From positions 64,001-128,000 of the IMG/VR virus record IMGVR_UViG_3300028558_000001: DNA of 64,000 bases; one strand, written 5' to 3'. Position 1 is the first letter of the stretch. Every line of letters starts with the position of its first letter. A model generated the notes under the pieces. That model was given only the letters and a program-made list of their open reading frames with translations, made no database searches and was not told the DNA's origin. Origin of the DNA: a virus. Below are positions 20,734-30,635 of this stretch, one piece after another. The translations under genes and the position numbers were made by a program.

Positions 20734-21611
20734 TATTTAAGAAGCCTTGTTAATTCTATTGATACTTGTGTCGCATATGAATTATTCAATAATCTAATAG
20801 ACTTGTTATTGTTATTCTTCTCATCTTCATAATCATAATAGGTGACTGGTGAATAGTATACTAACTCATCATTAGGAACGTTACTATAAACTGTAAATGT
20901 TAAATTCTGTGATGAAAGATAAGTGAAAGTAGCTCCAGATGTTCTACCAACTAATCTAACTTTGCAATCACTTGTAGGAACAACCGTTCCATTGATATGC
21001 TGGATTGATAGTGAATTAGTTCCAGAAGCAATTACAGTTCCATATCCATTTGTTACATCTTCAAGATAAACGTCAACGATTTCTCCTTTAGTGAATATTA
21101 CATTATCTATAGGAGAAATATTTACCATCATATTTGTATTAATAATCCAGTCTTCTTGTATTCTAGTATAAGCAGATATAACATTATTATATCCTAATAC
21201 TGGAGCATAATACTTTTGGATATTTGGAGGGTATGCTGCATATACAGATGGATCAATTGGATTTGGATTATCATACCAATTATTTCTATAATATATTACT
21301 GTTTCTTGAGCTTGTTGGACAGAGCCATATTGAGAAATAATGTATGTAGTAAAGTCATCATAGGGAAGATACCAGTCATAATATGGGTCAACCACTTGAT
21401 TAGACATGAATACTAGCCAATTCATATATGGATCGGAATAATATGCTTCTGCAACCTGATCTGATCTAATATCATTAGAAATATCATATGAATAATATAG
21501 ATATGGGTCTTTTGCAACAGTGTTTAAAAATGAGACACGCTCAGAAATATTTACTGCTTGCTGACCATTATAATTAATGATTGGGAATTTAGAAAAATAT
21601 GTCTGTGTCAT
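20733..21611 (-). CDS. gp53: Baseplate wedge subunit gp53
   Basis: YFSKFPIINY, R.DQVA..YY.DP...W, VDPYYDW, YDYEDEKN...IRLL motifs. Confidence 0.88.
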   Translation of the reverse strand: MTQTYFSKFPIINYNGQQAVNISERVSFLNTVAKDPYLYYSYDISNDIRSDQVAEAYYSDPYMNWLVFMSNQVVDPYYDWYLPYDDFTTYIISQYGSVQQAQETVIYYRNNWYDNPNPIDPSVYAAYPPNIQKYYAPVLGYNNVISAYTRIQEDWIINTNMMVNISPIDNVIFTKGEIVDVYLEDVTNGYGTVIASGTNSLSIQHINGTVVPTSDCKVRLVGRTSGATFTYLSSQNLTFTVYSNVPNDELVYYSPVTYYDYEDEKNNNNKSIRLLNNSYATQVSIELTRLLK

Positions 21612-21612
21612 A

Positions 21613-22488
21613 TTAATTCCTATCTATCTGTTTAACAGTGCCATCACCATTGACTTGCCAATCACTCTTAAGATGATATTCGATTTCTAATAGGCTAATG
21701 CTCATTACTACTGACGCTGGACCTTTACTATCACCAAAAAAAGCAGGAGAACCTTCACCAGCATAATCTACTTCTACTGCTTCAATTACGCATGGCTTGA
21801 ATTTATACATATAATCGTTAGCTGGAGAAATAGAAATATAAACCATATCTGGATATGAAAGAAGAGTACCAGCCACGGCGGCGGTTGTATCTGGTAATGC
21901 ATGATATTTAAATGCATTAGTAATATTTTTCACGGCATTTGTTTCATCTAAATTTTTAGGAGTGAACTTCCATGAAAAGGTATGTTGTTTGAATGTAGGT
22001 GAATTAAATAGGACCGTAAGGAATGGATTAACGGCAACACCTGAAAGGCTTAGGACATTGTTTAGACTTGTTCCAGCCCCAGAAGCGACGTTTTGCGCGG
22101 CCATGACGGCTAGACCAGCACCAGCACCTAATGCGCCAGTAGCTAGTGATGAAAGAACGGCGGTTGCACTGTTTGTTGCACTCTTTCCACCAGAAATGGC
22201 AGATTCAATTGCTGCGCCAACGGCGGGATTTTGTGGTCCTCTATCATATGCAATTGTTTGATGATCAATTAATTTTGTAGGAAGAGGAAGTGATATACCA
22301 TCAGTGGCGCGATTAAAGCCCCTCTTGAAAATATCTGGTCTTTCATATTGGACAAACTGAAACATCATATAATAGTTTGAAGTATCAAGATCAGAAGGGA
22401 ACTTTAGTTTAGCCCCGACGCCGAGTCCAGTGCCTCCAGACTGTCCATTAAGAAATTGAATTACATTTGTGTCGAAATTGATAGCCAA
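21613..22488 (-). CDS. gp48: Baseplate tail-tube cap gp48
   Basis: ISLPLP, VNPFLTVLF.SP.FK...FSWKFTPKN..E, YP, KFKPCVI motifs. Confidence 0.85.
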   Translation of the reverse strand: MAINFDTNVIQFLNGQSGGTGLGVGAKLKFPSDLDTSNYYMMFQFVQYERPDIFKRGFNRATDGISLPLPTKLIDHQTIAYDRGPQNPAVGAAIESAISGGKSATNSATAVLSSLATGALGAGAGLAVMAAQNVASGAGTSLNNVLSLSGVAVNPFLTVLFNSPTFKQHTFSWKFTPKNLDETNAVKNITNAFKYHALPDTTAAVAGTLLSYPDMVYISISPANDYMYKFKPCVIEAVEVDYAGEGSPAFFGDSKGPASVVMSISLLEIEYHLKSDWQVNGDGTVKQIDRN

Positions 22489-22524
22489 CTTATATCCTAT
22501 AATAAATATTATATCTATTTAAAC

Positions 22525-22532
22525 TATTTATA
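22525..22532 (-). promoter_or_regulatory. T4-type late promoter TATAAATA for baseplate operon
   Basis: Exact consensus on minus strand upstream of gp48; a divergent AATAAATA at 22501-22508 on plus lies upstream of gp4. Confidence 0.7.
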
Positions 22533-22577
22533 GGAAAACGCGCGACTTATCTCTAGGAGTATTTATGGAAAAGTATA

Positions 22578-23039
22578 GTGGCATATAAGTACTATAATGG
22601 TTATTATAAACCCAAGAATCCAAAGAAGTATAATGGTAAGGATTTAAATAATATTGTTTATCGTTCTGGTCTTGAATTAAAACTCTTTATGTACTTGGAT
22701 GCTCATCCTGACGTGATTTATTGGGGAAGTGAAGAACTAACCGTAGATTACATATCACCAAAAGACAACCGTAAACATAGATACTTTCCAGATGTAATTG
22801 TTAAACTTAAAGATCGCAACGGAAAGATTATTACTATGATGATCGAAATAAAGCCCTCGGATCAAGTTAATGAACCGAAGGCTATTGAGCGTGGTAAGCA
22901 ACCAACTAAACGACAGATTAATGAAATAATTACTTATGGTGTTAATCAAGCCAAATGGGCGGCAGCTAAAGTTTTCTGTGCCCAACAAGGTTGGGTATTT
23001 GAAATCATGACAGAGAAAGATATTAAAGGGTTGAAATAA
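22578..23039 (+). CDS. gp4: Head completion nuclease gp4 (TnsA-like)
   Basis: YKPKNPKKY.G, IVYRS..E, W.SEE, HRYFPD, IEIKP, NQAKWAAA, F.IMTEK. Confidence 0.92.
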   Translation: MAYKYYNGYYKPKNPKKYNGKDLNNIVYRSGLELKLFMYLDAHPDVIYWGSEELTVDYISPKDNRKHRYFPDVIVKLKDRNGKIITMMIEIKPSDQVNEPKAIERGKQPTKRQINEIITYGVNQAKWAAAKVFCAQQGWVFEIMTEKDIKGLK

Positions 23040-23412
23040 TATACTCAATAGCTTGAGGTACATGTTCAACAGTATTAAATTCACCGTTTAAAATATCTTC
23101 AATATGATAGATAGATACAATCTCATCTGTCTTGGAAGTAAAATACATCGGAGAAATAGTAGTATAATAGATGAACATTATTGCATCATCATATTTAATT
23201 GTTTCTGATAAAATGAAATTTTCTTCATCAACATTACAACCAGCTTCTTCTAATAGTTCTCTTTTAGCAGCAGTACGTGGAAGTTCACCTTCCTCTACTT
23301 TACCACCAATACCATTTAGTTGATCCTTCTGCCAATCTGGTCTTTTCTTTCGGATAAGAAGAACCTTATCCATAGTTTGGTTAAAAACAAACGTTAGTAC
23401 ATATTCTTGCAT
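23023..23412 (-). CDS. NUDIX hydrolase
   Basis: Nudix box GGKVEEGELPRTAAKRELLEEAG. Confidence 0.9.
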   Translation of the reverse strand: MQEYVLTFVFNQTMDKVLLIRKKRPDWQKDQLNGIGGKVEEGELPRTAAKRELLEEAGCNVDEENFILSETIKYDDAIMFIYYTTISPMYFTSKTDEIVSIYHIEDILNGEFNTVEHVPQAIEYIISTL

Positions 23413-23663
23413 TAATATTGCTCCTGTAAATTATTCCTTGTAAAAGTTAATGAAATCTTATTATCTACTACTTTAGATTCATAACTAACCAAAACTCCAT
23501 ACGTTACACCATTATGATAACGGTCAATAGCATGTGCCATAATGGTGGATACATTATATCCATACATAGCCGCAAAATCATGAGCAAATTCTGGAGAATA
23601 CTCATACTCAATACCTTTATAACAACCTTTAATTGTTCCAGTTATTCCATCATACATAGCCAT
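23412..23663 (-). CDS. Small protein containing a major-capsid (gp23)-like segment
   Basis: YSPEFAHDFAAMYGYN resembles gp23 YSIELAQDLRAVHGMD. Confidence 0.6.
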   Translation of the reverse strand: MAMYDGITGTIKGCYKGIEYEYSPEFAHDFAAMYGYNVSTIMAHAIDRYHNGVTYGVLVSYESKVVDNKISLTFTRNNLQEQY

Positions 23664-23941
23664 TAAATTTCCTTAATATCAATTACAATTTGATTATTAT
23701 CAATCATTATAGGAGTATTGTTAGTAGAATCACATACTATATTAAAAACTTCTAATTCTGGAAATGAAAAGTTAATAATACTACGAACATTAAGTCTAGT
23801 TAAAGCATCATTCATTTCAAATAAAATATAATCATAGATAACTTTTTTAATAGTTTCTCTTAAAGGTAAAGAGATTAAATTTGATATATTATCATCTACA
23901 TTAATGATAATAGTATCTTTTGGTGACATTACATTTAACAT
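23663..23941 (-). CDS. Stand-alone tail-sheath (gp18) C-terminal-domain-like mini protein
   Basis: LFEMNDALTR...F.IVCDSTNNTPIMIDNNQIVIDI resembles sheath FE.ND..TR...VVCDETNNTP..ID.N..V.DI. Confidence 0.7.
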   Translation of the reverse strand: MLNVMSPKDTIIINVDDNISNLISLPLRETIKKVIYDYILFEMNDALTRLNVRSIINFSFPELEVFNIVCDSTNNTPIMIDNNQIVIDIKEI

Positions 23942-23953
23942 TAATTATTCCTT

Positions 23954-26167
23954 TTAAATTAAGCATCCATCTGCACCGTTGCCGACACATGCAGCAGCAC
24001 CGGTAGTTGAAACATCAATGTATTTCTTTTCAAAGAGAGAATTTTCCCAATCAATGTCAACTAGGTTTTGCTGAATCTTTTCCCACTTGTGAAGTAGATA
24101 TACGTCCTTGAGACAATATTCAGCGTCTTTTCTTACTCCACTAAAGTAATTGACACGATACTTCTCAAAGCGACGAATCCAATCCTTCTTAAGAAGATTA
24201 TCATGATCATCAGAGGAAATATCTGCACCAATTCCATATACAGCAGAACAAGCTGTCCATAGATTTCCAAAGGCTCTAAGAGCTTCGACAACTAATCCAG
24301 ATGCAAAGATTGCTCCTGTACCATAATATTCAATGATTTCTTCACCGCTCATGACTTTAGTGAATGGAGCCTGATCGTAATCTTTATCTCCTGATCCTGC
24401 TAGGAATGAAATACCAGCAAAAGTTTCCTTATGGTTAAAGACATATTCTTCTACTGTATCCCAATCATCAACTGTTACTGTATTAGAAATATTATGTCTA
24501 ACTGTTGGATCAACACATAGATCAAGATTAGTACCAGCTTCAACCCAATTTTTCTGAGCCTTAGCAATTAGTTCAAGATGCTTAACTCCTAACAAATCCT
24601 TATTGAAGATAGAAGTCTCAGGAGCAATAACAGGGAATGATACAACATAATCCGTTTTATTAGCTGACCATACTGATTCTTCTACCATATATGGATTGGT
24701 CTTCTTGATTAACTGAGCTACTTCGGTATCCTTGTTTAACTGCATGTTTCTTAGATACATTGGTGCATGTTCGCCACCAATACCAGAAGCAGTCATTAGA
24801 AGAACAGATGCATTACCAGATGGCTTGGAGCATGTGGTACGAGCAGCAGGATTAATGCCAATCATTTCGGCAACAATCTTATTAGTTTTCTTAACGATTT
24901 CAGCACCAGTTCTTAGAACTTCTTCATCAAATAGAATAGCAGGATTATTCATCCAACCAGTAATTGATACTCCTAATAGTGCTTCTCTCTCAAAAATCTT
25001 CTTTGAGGTCTCTGGTAAGAAGTTAAAGGTAGTATAACCAGCCTGTAGTGTACCGATAATTGCTCCTACCTTACATGCTCGATAGAATGTTTCAATATCA
25101 GAACACATACCGCCATTGGTTTCTACAAGATTACAGCCCTGCCAACCAGTCTGACCTTCATATTGAGGGAACATACCAATTTCTACACAAGGATTGTAGA
25201 CATGTTCTTCTGAATCAACAAAGACGAATCCGGGTTCACCAAATTCCTTAACACTCTTCATAAGTGAAGCGAACTTTTCTCTAGTAATCTTGGAGCGAAC
25301 AATGACTGCGGAGTTATTGGAACGTCCTCTTTGTGGGTTATCTGTGAACCAATTACCAGTCTTTGCCGTTGCCATTTCCTCATCTTCTGGTGAGAATAGG
25401 CAAATTGTAGCAGAACGACGAACACCACCAGAAATGACAGCATCAGCAGCATACATTACAATATCATAGACATGAATTGGTTTTAATTCAATTCCGCCCT
25501 TCTTGGAAAGTGTTAGTCCCTGTAATAGATACTCGATCTTATCTAGAGCTAGACGGAGAGGTTCTGGACCCGGAGCCTTGAAGCCACCTGAAATCATTGA
25601 ATTCTTAAGTCTAATTAGGGATAGATCAAAGTAAACTCTGCGGCCTTCGTATTCAGGATACTTACCGCCGCCCTCAAAGAAGGAAGCCATTAGAACGTCT
25701 AATGCTGTTGCCCATCCTTCAATAGAATCTTCAACGACATGAAGCTTGGGCTGCTTGGTGCGGAGTTTAATTTTGGGGAGTTTAGAGATATGGTGCTTTT
25801 GTACAGAGAAACCAGCACCAGCACCACATAACATAACCCAAAAGATTTCACCAAAAAATTCTGGTCTATCTGCATATGTAGAAGTACAATTATACATCTT
25901 CATATGGTTCTTAAGGATTTGATCGCCACCGAACTGTAAAGCTCTCTGAGCGCCTAGAACTAACTTGTCTTGATATGCGGAAGTTGCTTCTTCGATTAGT
26001 TCTAGTAATTGTGGTGTTAATTTATCTTCATAATACTTTTTATGCATATTCATAACTCTTAAGACTGATTCATTCCAAGTCTCGTATCTTCCAAGTTCCT
26101 CATCCCATCTAGAATAACCTTCATAAAACTTGGTGTCAGACATTAATTGACGTGTATTCAAATACAT
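23954..26167 (-). CDS. Ribonucleotide reductase catalytic subunit (NrdJ-like or NrdAk-type; class uncertain)
   Basis: YSRW...YETW, MYNCT, GGVRRSA, NPCVEI, CNLVE, KPSG and C-terminal Cys pair; 737 aa. Confidence 0.9.
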   Translation of the reverse strand: MYLNTRQLMSDTKFYEGYSRWDEELGRYETWNESVLRVMNMHKKYYEDKLTPQLLELIEEATSAYQDKLVLGAQRALQFGGDQILKNHMKMYNCTSTYADRPEFFGEIFWVMLCGAGAGFSVQKHHISKLPKIKLRTKQPKLHVVEDSIEGWATALDVLMASFFEGGGKYPEYEGRRVYFDLSLIRLKNSMISGGFKAPGPEPLRLALDKIEYLLQGLTLSKKGGIELKPIHVYDIVMYAADAVISGGVRRSATICLFSPEDEEMATAKTGNWFTDNPQRGRSNNSAVIVRSKITREKFASLMKSVKEFGEPGFVFVDSEEHVYNPCVEIGMFPQYEGQTGWQGCNLVETNGGMCSDIETFYRACKVGAIIGTLQAGYTTFNFLPETSKKIFEREALLGVSITGWMNNPAILFDEEVLRTGAEIVKKTNKIVAEMIGINPAARTTCSKPSGNASVLLMTASGIGGEHAPMYLRNMQLNKDTEVAQLIKKTNPYMVEESVWSANKTDYVVSFPVIAPETSIFNKDLLGVKHLELIAKAQKNWVEAGTNLDLCVDPTVRHNISNTVTVDDWDTVEEYVFNHKETFAGISFLAGSGDKDYDQAPFTKVMSGEEIIEYYGTGAIFASGLVVEALRAFGNLWTACSAVYGIGADISSDDHDNLLKKDWIRRFEKYRVNYFSGVRKDAEYCLKDVYLLHKWEKIQQNLVDIDWENSLFEKKYIDVSTTGAAACVGNGADGCLI

Positions 26168-26213
26168 TAACTTACTTACCTCTTTATAATTTTTGATTAA
26201 ATTTCATAGCGAC

Positions 26214-26221
26214 TATAAATA
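26214..26221 (+). promoter_or_regulatory. T4-type late promoter TATAAATA for gp2
   Basis: Exact consensus; implies the true gp2 start lies downstream (ATG 26250 or TTG 26262). Confidence 0.7.
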
Positions 26222-26249
26222 CTTACATACTATATTTAACTCTCTAATA

Positions 26250-26954
26250 ATGGATTTTTACTTGGCAGACTACCTTTTTCAACAAATTCGCAAAGAAGCT
26301 AAAACATTCCGAGACGAAGACGGTCAACCGATCAGTCTCAGACGAAATGAAGAAAAGGCCAGAGAATGGTATCAGAACGCGGCTGAGCAAGTAGCATCAG
26401 TCAATAATAACAGACTATTCCAGTCTATGGACCCATTTACTCGTTTCCAACGTATTGACTCAAGGTCAATTGGAAAAATGTACATGTTCCAATACGCAGC
26501 CAAGCATAGGGATAGACTTCCCTATTATGACATGTTTCCAATCGTTTTTCCAATAGAAATTTATTCTAATGGATTTCTTGGTATTAACCTCCATTACCTT
26601 CGCCCATATCATAGAGCATGGTTAATGGATGAACTTTTCAAGTTGAAAAATAATGATAGCTGGAATAAGAACACTAAACTCCAAGAAGATAAAGAAGCCG
26701 CTCTTTCATATCAATTCTTGAAGTCAGTTATTCCTTCCCCACTATTCAAGCCTACACTTCACAGGTATCTCATTTCAGATTCATCTAAAGGATATTACGC
26801 TGGTGTAGTATCTCCAAATTTCTATTATATCAATCCCGGTTTATGGGATTACGCTGCCCTTCTACCAACTCAACGTTTCGTAAAGGGTATCCACAATACG
26901 GCAATCTCATCAGAGCAAGTCTGGTTGGATTCAAACTCTGCTCGTTATCGGTGA
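26250..26954 (+). CDS. gp2: DNA end protector protein gp2
   Basis: GKMYMFQY.AKHRDRLPYYD.FP, GFLGINLHYL, W..AALLPTQRF, VW.DS motifs. Confidence 0.9.
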   Translation: MDFYLADYLFQQIRKEAKTFRDEDGQPISLRRNEEKAREWYQNAAEQVASVNNNRLFQSMDPFTRFQRIDSRSIGKMYMFQYAAKHRDRLPYYDMFPIVFPIEIYSNGFLGINLHYLRPYHRAWLMDELFKLKNNDSWNKNTKLQEDKEAALSYQFLKSVIPSPLFKPTLHRYLISDSSKGYYAGVVSPNFYYINPGLWDYAALLPTQRFVKGIHNTAISSEQVWLDSNSARYR

Positions 26955-27026
26955 TAAGAATAGTATTATAGCAAAGAATACTCGTCCTGCCAAGTAGAAA
27001 TATTTGGCAGGATTTGTCTTTTTTAC

Positions 27027-27055
27027 TTGACACGTTTTTTGGAACTTGGTATAAT
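27027..27055 (+). promoter_or_regulatory. Sigma70-type promoter upstream of primase
   Basis: TTGACA-17 nt-TATAAT perfect consensus, intergenic. Confidence 0.85.
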
Positions 27056-27135
27056 CCATATGTGTTCAGCAAGATAGTAATTGTTTTTGGTGACACTACA
27101 GGATCAACAGTTAGTAATAGGCGAAGTTAGGTATC

Positions 27136-28155
27136 ATGAATTATCTTGAATTGAAATATATGAATTTAGTTGCCTACAAGTTAAGGAACTATAAGCAACG
27201 ATCCAATAGACTCATTAACTTTTCATGTCCATATTGTGGAGATTCTTCTCATAAGAAGAATAGAGCTAGAGGATATATTCTAGAGAAGAATGGTTCTTCT
27301 GTATTCTATTGTCATAATTGTTCTGTTACAAAATCAGTAGAACAATTTATTAAATTTCTTGATGAAACAACATATCAAGAAATGATGATGGAAAAGTTTG
27401 AAGACACTAGAAAAGAAAAGAAAGATGAATATCAGGTTGACTTTTCGACGGTCAAGAGGACTTTTTCTAATAAGATATTAGGCGGAATGAAAAAGATTTC
27501 ACAACTGAAACATGATCATCCTGTCAAGAAATATATTGAATCAAGAATGATCCCAACTAATCTTCATTATAAGTTATATTACTGTCCAAAGTTCATGGCT
27601 TGGGTAAATTCGATCATTCCAGATAAGTTTTCAAAAGAAGCACTTGCCTATGATGAACCTAGACTCCTTATTCCTTTTTGGGACAAGGAGGGCAATATCC
27701 ATGCGTTTCAGGGAAGAAGTTTCAAGAGAAAGACCGATACCAAGTATATCACAATCGTCTTGGATGAATCAACGCCAAAATTATATGGGCTTGACACTCT
27801 GGACGAAAGGGCTAGAATCTACGTTCTTGAGGGTCCAATTGATTCTATGTTCATACCAAATGCCATAGCAACGGCTGGTGGAGATATGGTATCGGCAGTC
27901 TCAGGATTTGATAAAGAGAACCTTGTTATCGTATATGATAATGAACCACGTAGTATTGAAACTCATCATAAACTTGACAAAGCTATAGATAACGGGTATA
28001 ATGTTTGTATATTTCCAGATGCGGTCACTGAAAAAGATATTAATAAAATGCGCGAAGCTGGAAGAAGTTCGCCCGGTATTAAGTCAATAATTGATTACAA
28101 TATCTATTCTGGTTTAGAGGCCAAGCTAAGATTAGCCGAATGGTCCAAGAGATAA
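27136..28155 (+). CDS. gp61: DNA primase gp61
   Basis: CPYCGDS...CHNC zinc finger, QGRS, EGPIDSMF TOPRIM, YDNEPR, KDIN. Confidence 0.95.
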   Translation: MNYLELKYMNLVAYKLRNYKQRSNRLINFSCPYCGDSSHKKNRARGYILEKNGSSVFYCHNCSVTKSVEQFIKFLDETTYQEMMMEKFEDTRKEKKDEYQVDFSTVKRTFSNKILGGMKKISQLKHDHPVKKYIESRMIPTNLHYKLYYCPKFMAWVNSIIPDKFSKEALAYDEPRLLIPFWDKEGNIHAFQGRSFKRKTDTKYITIVLDESTPKLYGLDTLDERARIYVLEGPIDSMFIPNAIATAGGDMVSAVSGFDKENLVIVYDNEPRSIETHHKLDKAIDNGYNVCIFPDAVTEKDINKMREAGRSSPGIKSIIDYNIYSGLEAKLRLAEWSKR

Positions 28156-28167
28156 TAAGGAAAAAGA

Positions 28168-28368
28168 ATGAATGAGAAATCCGAAGCCCAATTGCTAATT
28201 GACAAAGTTACAAAAACTTTTTATGATTATGATAATGAGACAATGTATGTTGGTATATTAGATTTTATGATGCTATTAATTGATGCAGCAAAATTGATAG
28301 ATAAACAGGAAAAAGAAATTTTATCTCTTAAGGACGACATTTATAATGACAAATGGAGATATTCTTGA
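28168..28368 (+). CDS. Hypothetical protein
   Basis: ORF with AAGGA SD, co-oriented in operon. Confidence 0.5.
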   Translation: MNEKSEAQLLIDKVTKTFYDYDNETMYVGILDFMMLLIDAAKLIDKQEKEILSLKDDIYNDKWRYS

Positions 28369-28393
28369 GAGAAGTATGGTTTGGAGATAATTA

Positions 28394-28582
28394 GTGAATA
28401 CAGTTTCACCTTTTAAACGAGTCACAGTTAAAGATATAAGTGGAAACATAATATATAGTATTGTTGGATACACAAATAATTTTGTTATTAATTCCGATAT
28501 AACACAAGAATTGGGATTTGATATTATTGATGTGATCATAACAGATGATAGCCATGAAGTAATAGTGAGGAAGCAACATTGA
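28394..28582 (+). CDS. Hypothetical protein
   Basis: GGAG SD, GTG start, overlaps td start. Confidence 0.45.
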   Translation: MNTVSPFKRVTVKDISGNIIYSIVGYTNNFVINSDITQELGFDIIDVIITDDSHEVIVRKQH

Positions 28583-29463
28583 AACAGTACCTTGATCTTA
28601 TACAAGATGTTCTAGATAATGGTGAAGAACATGATGATCGTACCGGAACTGGTACGCGCTCTGTTTTTGCTCGCCATGTACGCTTTGACCTATCCAAGGG
28701 GTTCCCTCTAGTCACAACCAAGAGGGTTCCATTTAAGGCTGTGTATGGTGAACTTCTATGGTTCCTTGAAGGTTCTACGGATGAGCGTAGGCTTGCTGAA
28801 ATTACTTTTGGCACTCGCGATCTAGATAAGAAAACAATCTGGACTGATAATGCTTTTGCTAATTATTGGAAAGATTATGCAAGTTTTTTTGGAGATTGTG
28901 GTAGAATCTATGGAATACAGTGGCGGAAGTGGCGTGGAACAGAGATTGTAAAAAACAACTGGAACAAGAAAGTTGAAGAACCAATCATCATTGACCAAAT
29001 CAAGAATGTGATCAAGTCAATTAAGGATGATCCTTCTGGCCGTAGGCATGTTGTAATGGCATACAATCCCGGTGAATTGAATCAGATGGTTTTGCCTCCG
29101 TGCCATATGTTTTTTCAGTTTTGGGTTTCTAACAAGAAAAAGCTATGTTGCCAGTTCTATATGAGAAGCAATGATGTTTTTCTTGGTCTTCCATTTAATA
29201 TTGCATCATATGCTCTACTTACTCATATGATGGCGCAAGTTTGTGGTCTTGAGGCTGGTGAGCTAATCTATACTGCTGGTGATGTACATCTATATCAAAA
29301 TCATATTGATCAGGCAATTGAACAGTTAAGCAGGGAACCATATCCACTTCCTCGGATTGAAATTGATCCGACTATTATGGACATTGACGATTTTAAACTT
29401 GACTCCATCAAGTTGGTAGATTATAAGTGTCATCCTGCAATTAAGGCACCAATGGCCGTCTAA
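28579..29463 (+). CDS. td: Thymidylate synthase
   Basis: DRTGTGT, ELLWFLEG, LPPCH, RSNDVFLGLPFNIASY, GDVHLYQNH, KAPMAV; no intron. Confidence 0.97.
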   Translation: MKQYLDLIQDVLDNGEEHDDRTGTGTRSVFARHVRFDLSKGFPLVTTKRVPFKAVYGELLWFLEGSTDERRLAEITFGTRDLDKKTIWTDNAFANYWKDYASFFGDCGRIYGIQWRKWRGTEIVKNNWNKKVEEPIIIDQIKNVIKSIKDDPSGRRHVVMAYNPGELNQMVLPPCHMFFQFWVSNKKKLCCQFYMRSNDVFLGLPFNIASYALLTHMMAQVCGLEAGELIYTAGDVHLYQNHIDQAIEQLSREPYPLPRIEIDPTIMDIDDFKLDSIKLVDYKCHPAIKAPMAV

Positions 29464-29472
29464 GGAATTAAT

Positions 29473-29973
29473 ATGAAAGTTAAAATCATTGCATGTATGG
29501 CGAACAATGGAATTATCGGTAAGGATGGTTCCATTCCTTGGAAGTGTTCTGATGATATGCATTTTTTCAAGTTTATGACTTGGGATAGAATTGTCATTAT
29601 GGGAAGAAAGACTTTTGAGTCGATCCCTAATGGACCGCTTGAGGGCCGTACTAGCTACATCATCACTTCTGCAAATGTGGATGAGATTCCTTTTACAATC
29701 GGTAAGAGGTATTTTAATTCTCTAGAAGAAGCTATTGAACGCGCCAAGTTTACAGAGAAGCTTTATCCTGATATGGATGATTGTTGGATCATTGGTGGCG
29801 CGTCCATCTACAAGCAAGCTATTCCCCTTGCTGATGAAATCTTTCTAAATGTTCTATATGATGATTATGAAGGTGATACCCACATGCCTCCCTTTGAGGA
29901 TAAGTATCGTCTTGTTTCGTCAAAGAACAAGAAGAATTTTATTGCCGAACATTATGAGAGGATCAAAGAATGA
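29473..29973 (+). CDS. frd: Dihydrofolate reductase
   Basis: IG.DGSIPW...D...F, IMGRKTFES, IIGGASIY, GDT. Confidence 0.95.
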   Translation: MKVKIIACMANNGIIGKDGSIPWKCSDDMHFFKFMTWDRIVIMGRKTFESIPNGPLEGRTSYIITSANVDEIPFTIGKRYFNSLEEAIERAKFTEKLYPDMDDCWIIGGASIYKQAIPLADEIFLNVLYDDYEGDTHMPPFEDKYRLVSSKNKKNFIAEHYERIKE

Positions 29974-30191
29974 GCAGTAGGTTTGATAGGATAATTGAAG
30001 AGGTATTTGATTTGCCTTGGTATAAAGGAATATTTTTTATTATTGGACTAGCAATCCTTACAATTATATTCATGCCAATAGCAGTAATGTTTACTGTTGG
30101 CTTTGTTATGGTCATGCCAAAGTTTATTTTTCTACTCTTTGGTCTTTTCTGTGTCGGATATTTCATATACACATTCAATCGTGTAAAATGA
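29970..30191 (+). CDS. Small membrane protein
   Basis: Two long hydrophobic stretches; ATGA coupling to frd. Confidence 0.55.
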   Translation: MSSRFDRIIEEVFDLPWYKGIFFIIGLAILTIIFMPIAVMFTVGFVMVMPKFIFLLFGLFCVGYFIYTFNRVK

Positions 30192-30224
30192 AAGGCTAAA
30201 TAGCAATAAAGGATTATTGCTATT

Positions 30225-30635
30225 TTGTGGTTGTATAACGAAAATGAATTTGGTATCAAAGATATTGGTGATGACGTTGCTTTTGTTTATCTCATTACCA
30301 ATCTTCTAACTAATAAGAAATATATTGGTAAAAAGAACTTCTATTTCCAGAAGACCAGACAGGTTAAAGGAAAGAAGAAACGGTATAAAGAAATCTCCGA
30401 TTGGTTGTCATACTATGGTTCTAATGAAGAACTAAAGAATGATGTTCTCCAATATGGAGAAGGTGCTTTTAAAAGAGAAATACTTAGGTTATGTAAGACA
30501 AAAGGTGAAGCATCTTACTTTGAAGCAAAATTCCAATTTGAAACAGATTGTATCCTAAGCGAACAATATTACAATTCATGGATTAGCTGTAGAGTTAGAA
30601 AATCTCACCTTAAAAATCTTCAACAGGCCACTTGA
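30225..30635 (+). CDS. GIY-YIG-family nuclease-like protein
   Basis: FVYLITN...KKYIGKK...W.SYYGS...FKREIL...YYN. Confidence 0.75.
   Translation: MWLYNENEFGIKDIGDDVAFVYLITNLLTNKKYIGKKNFYFQKTRQVKGKKKRYKEISDWLSYYGSNEELKNDVLQYGEGAFKREILRLCKTKGEASYFEAKFQFETDCILSEQYYNSWISCRVRKSHLKNLQQAT

Noticed and set aside
2478-22261. Numerous plus-strand ORFs opposite the structural genes
   Set aside because: Antisense shadows of long minus-strand genes with biased codon usage; no SD sequences or motifs.
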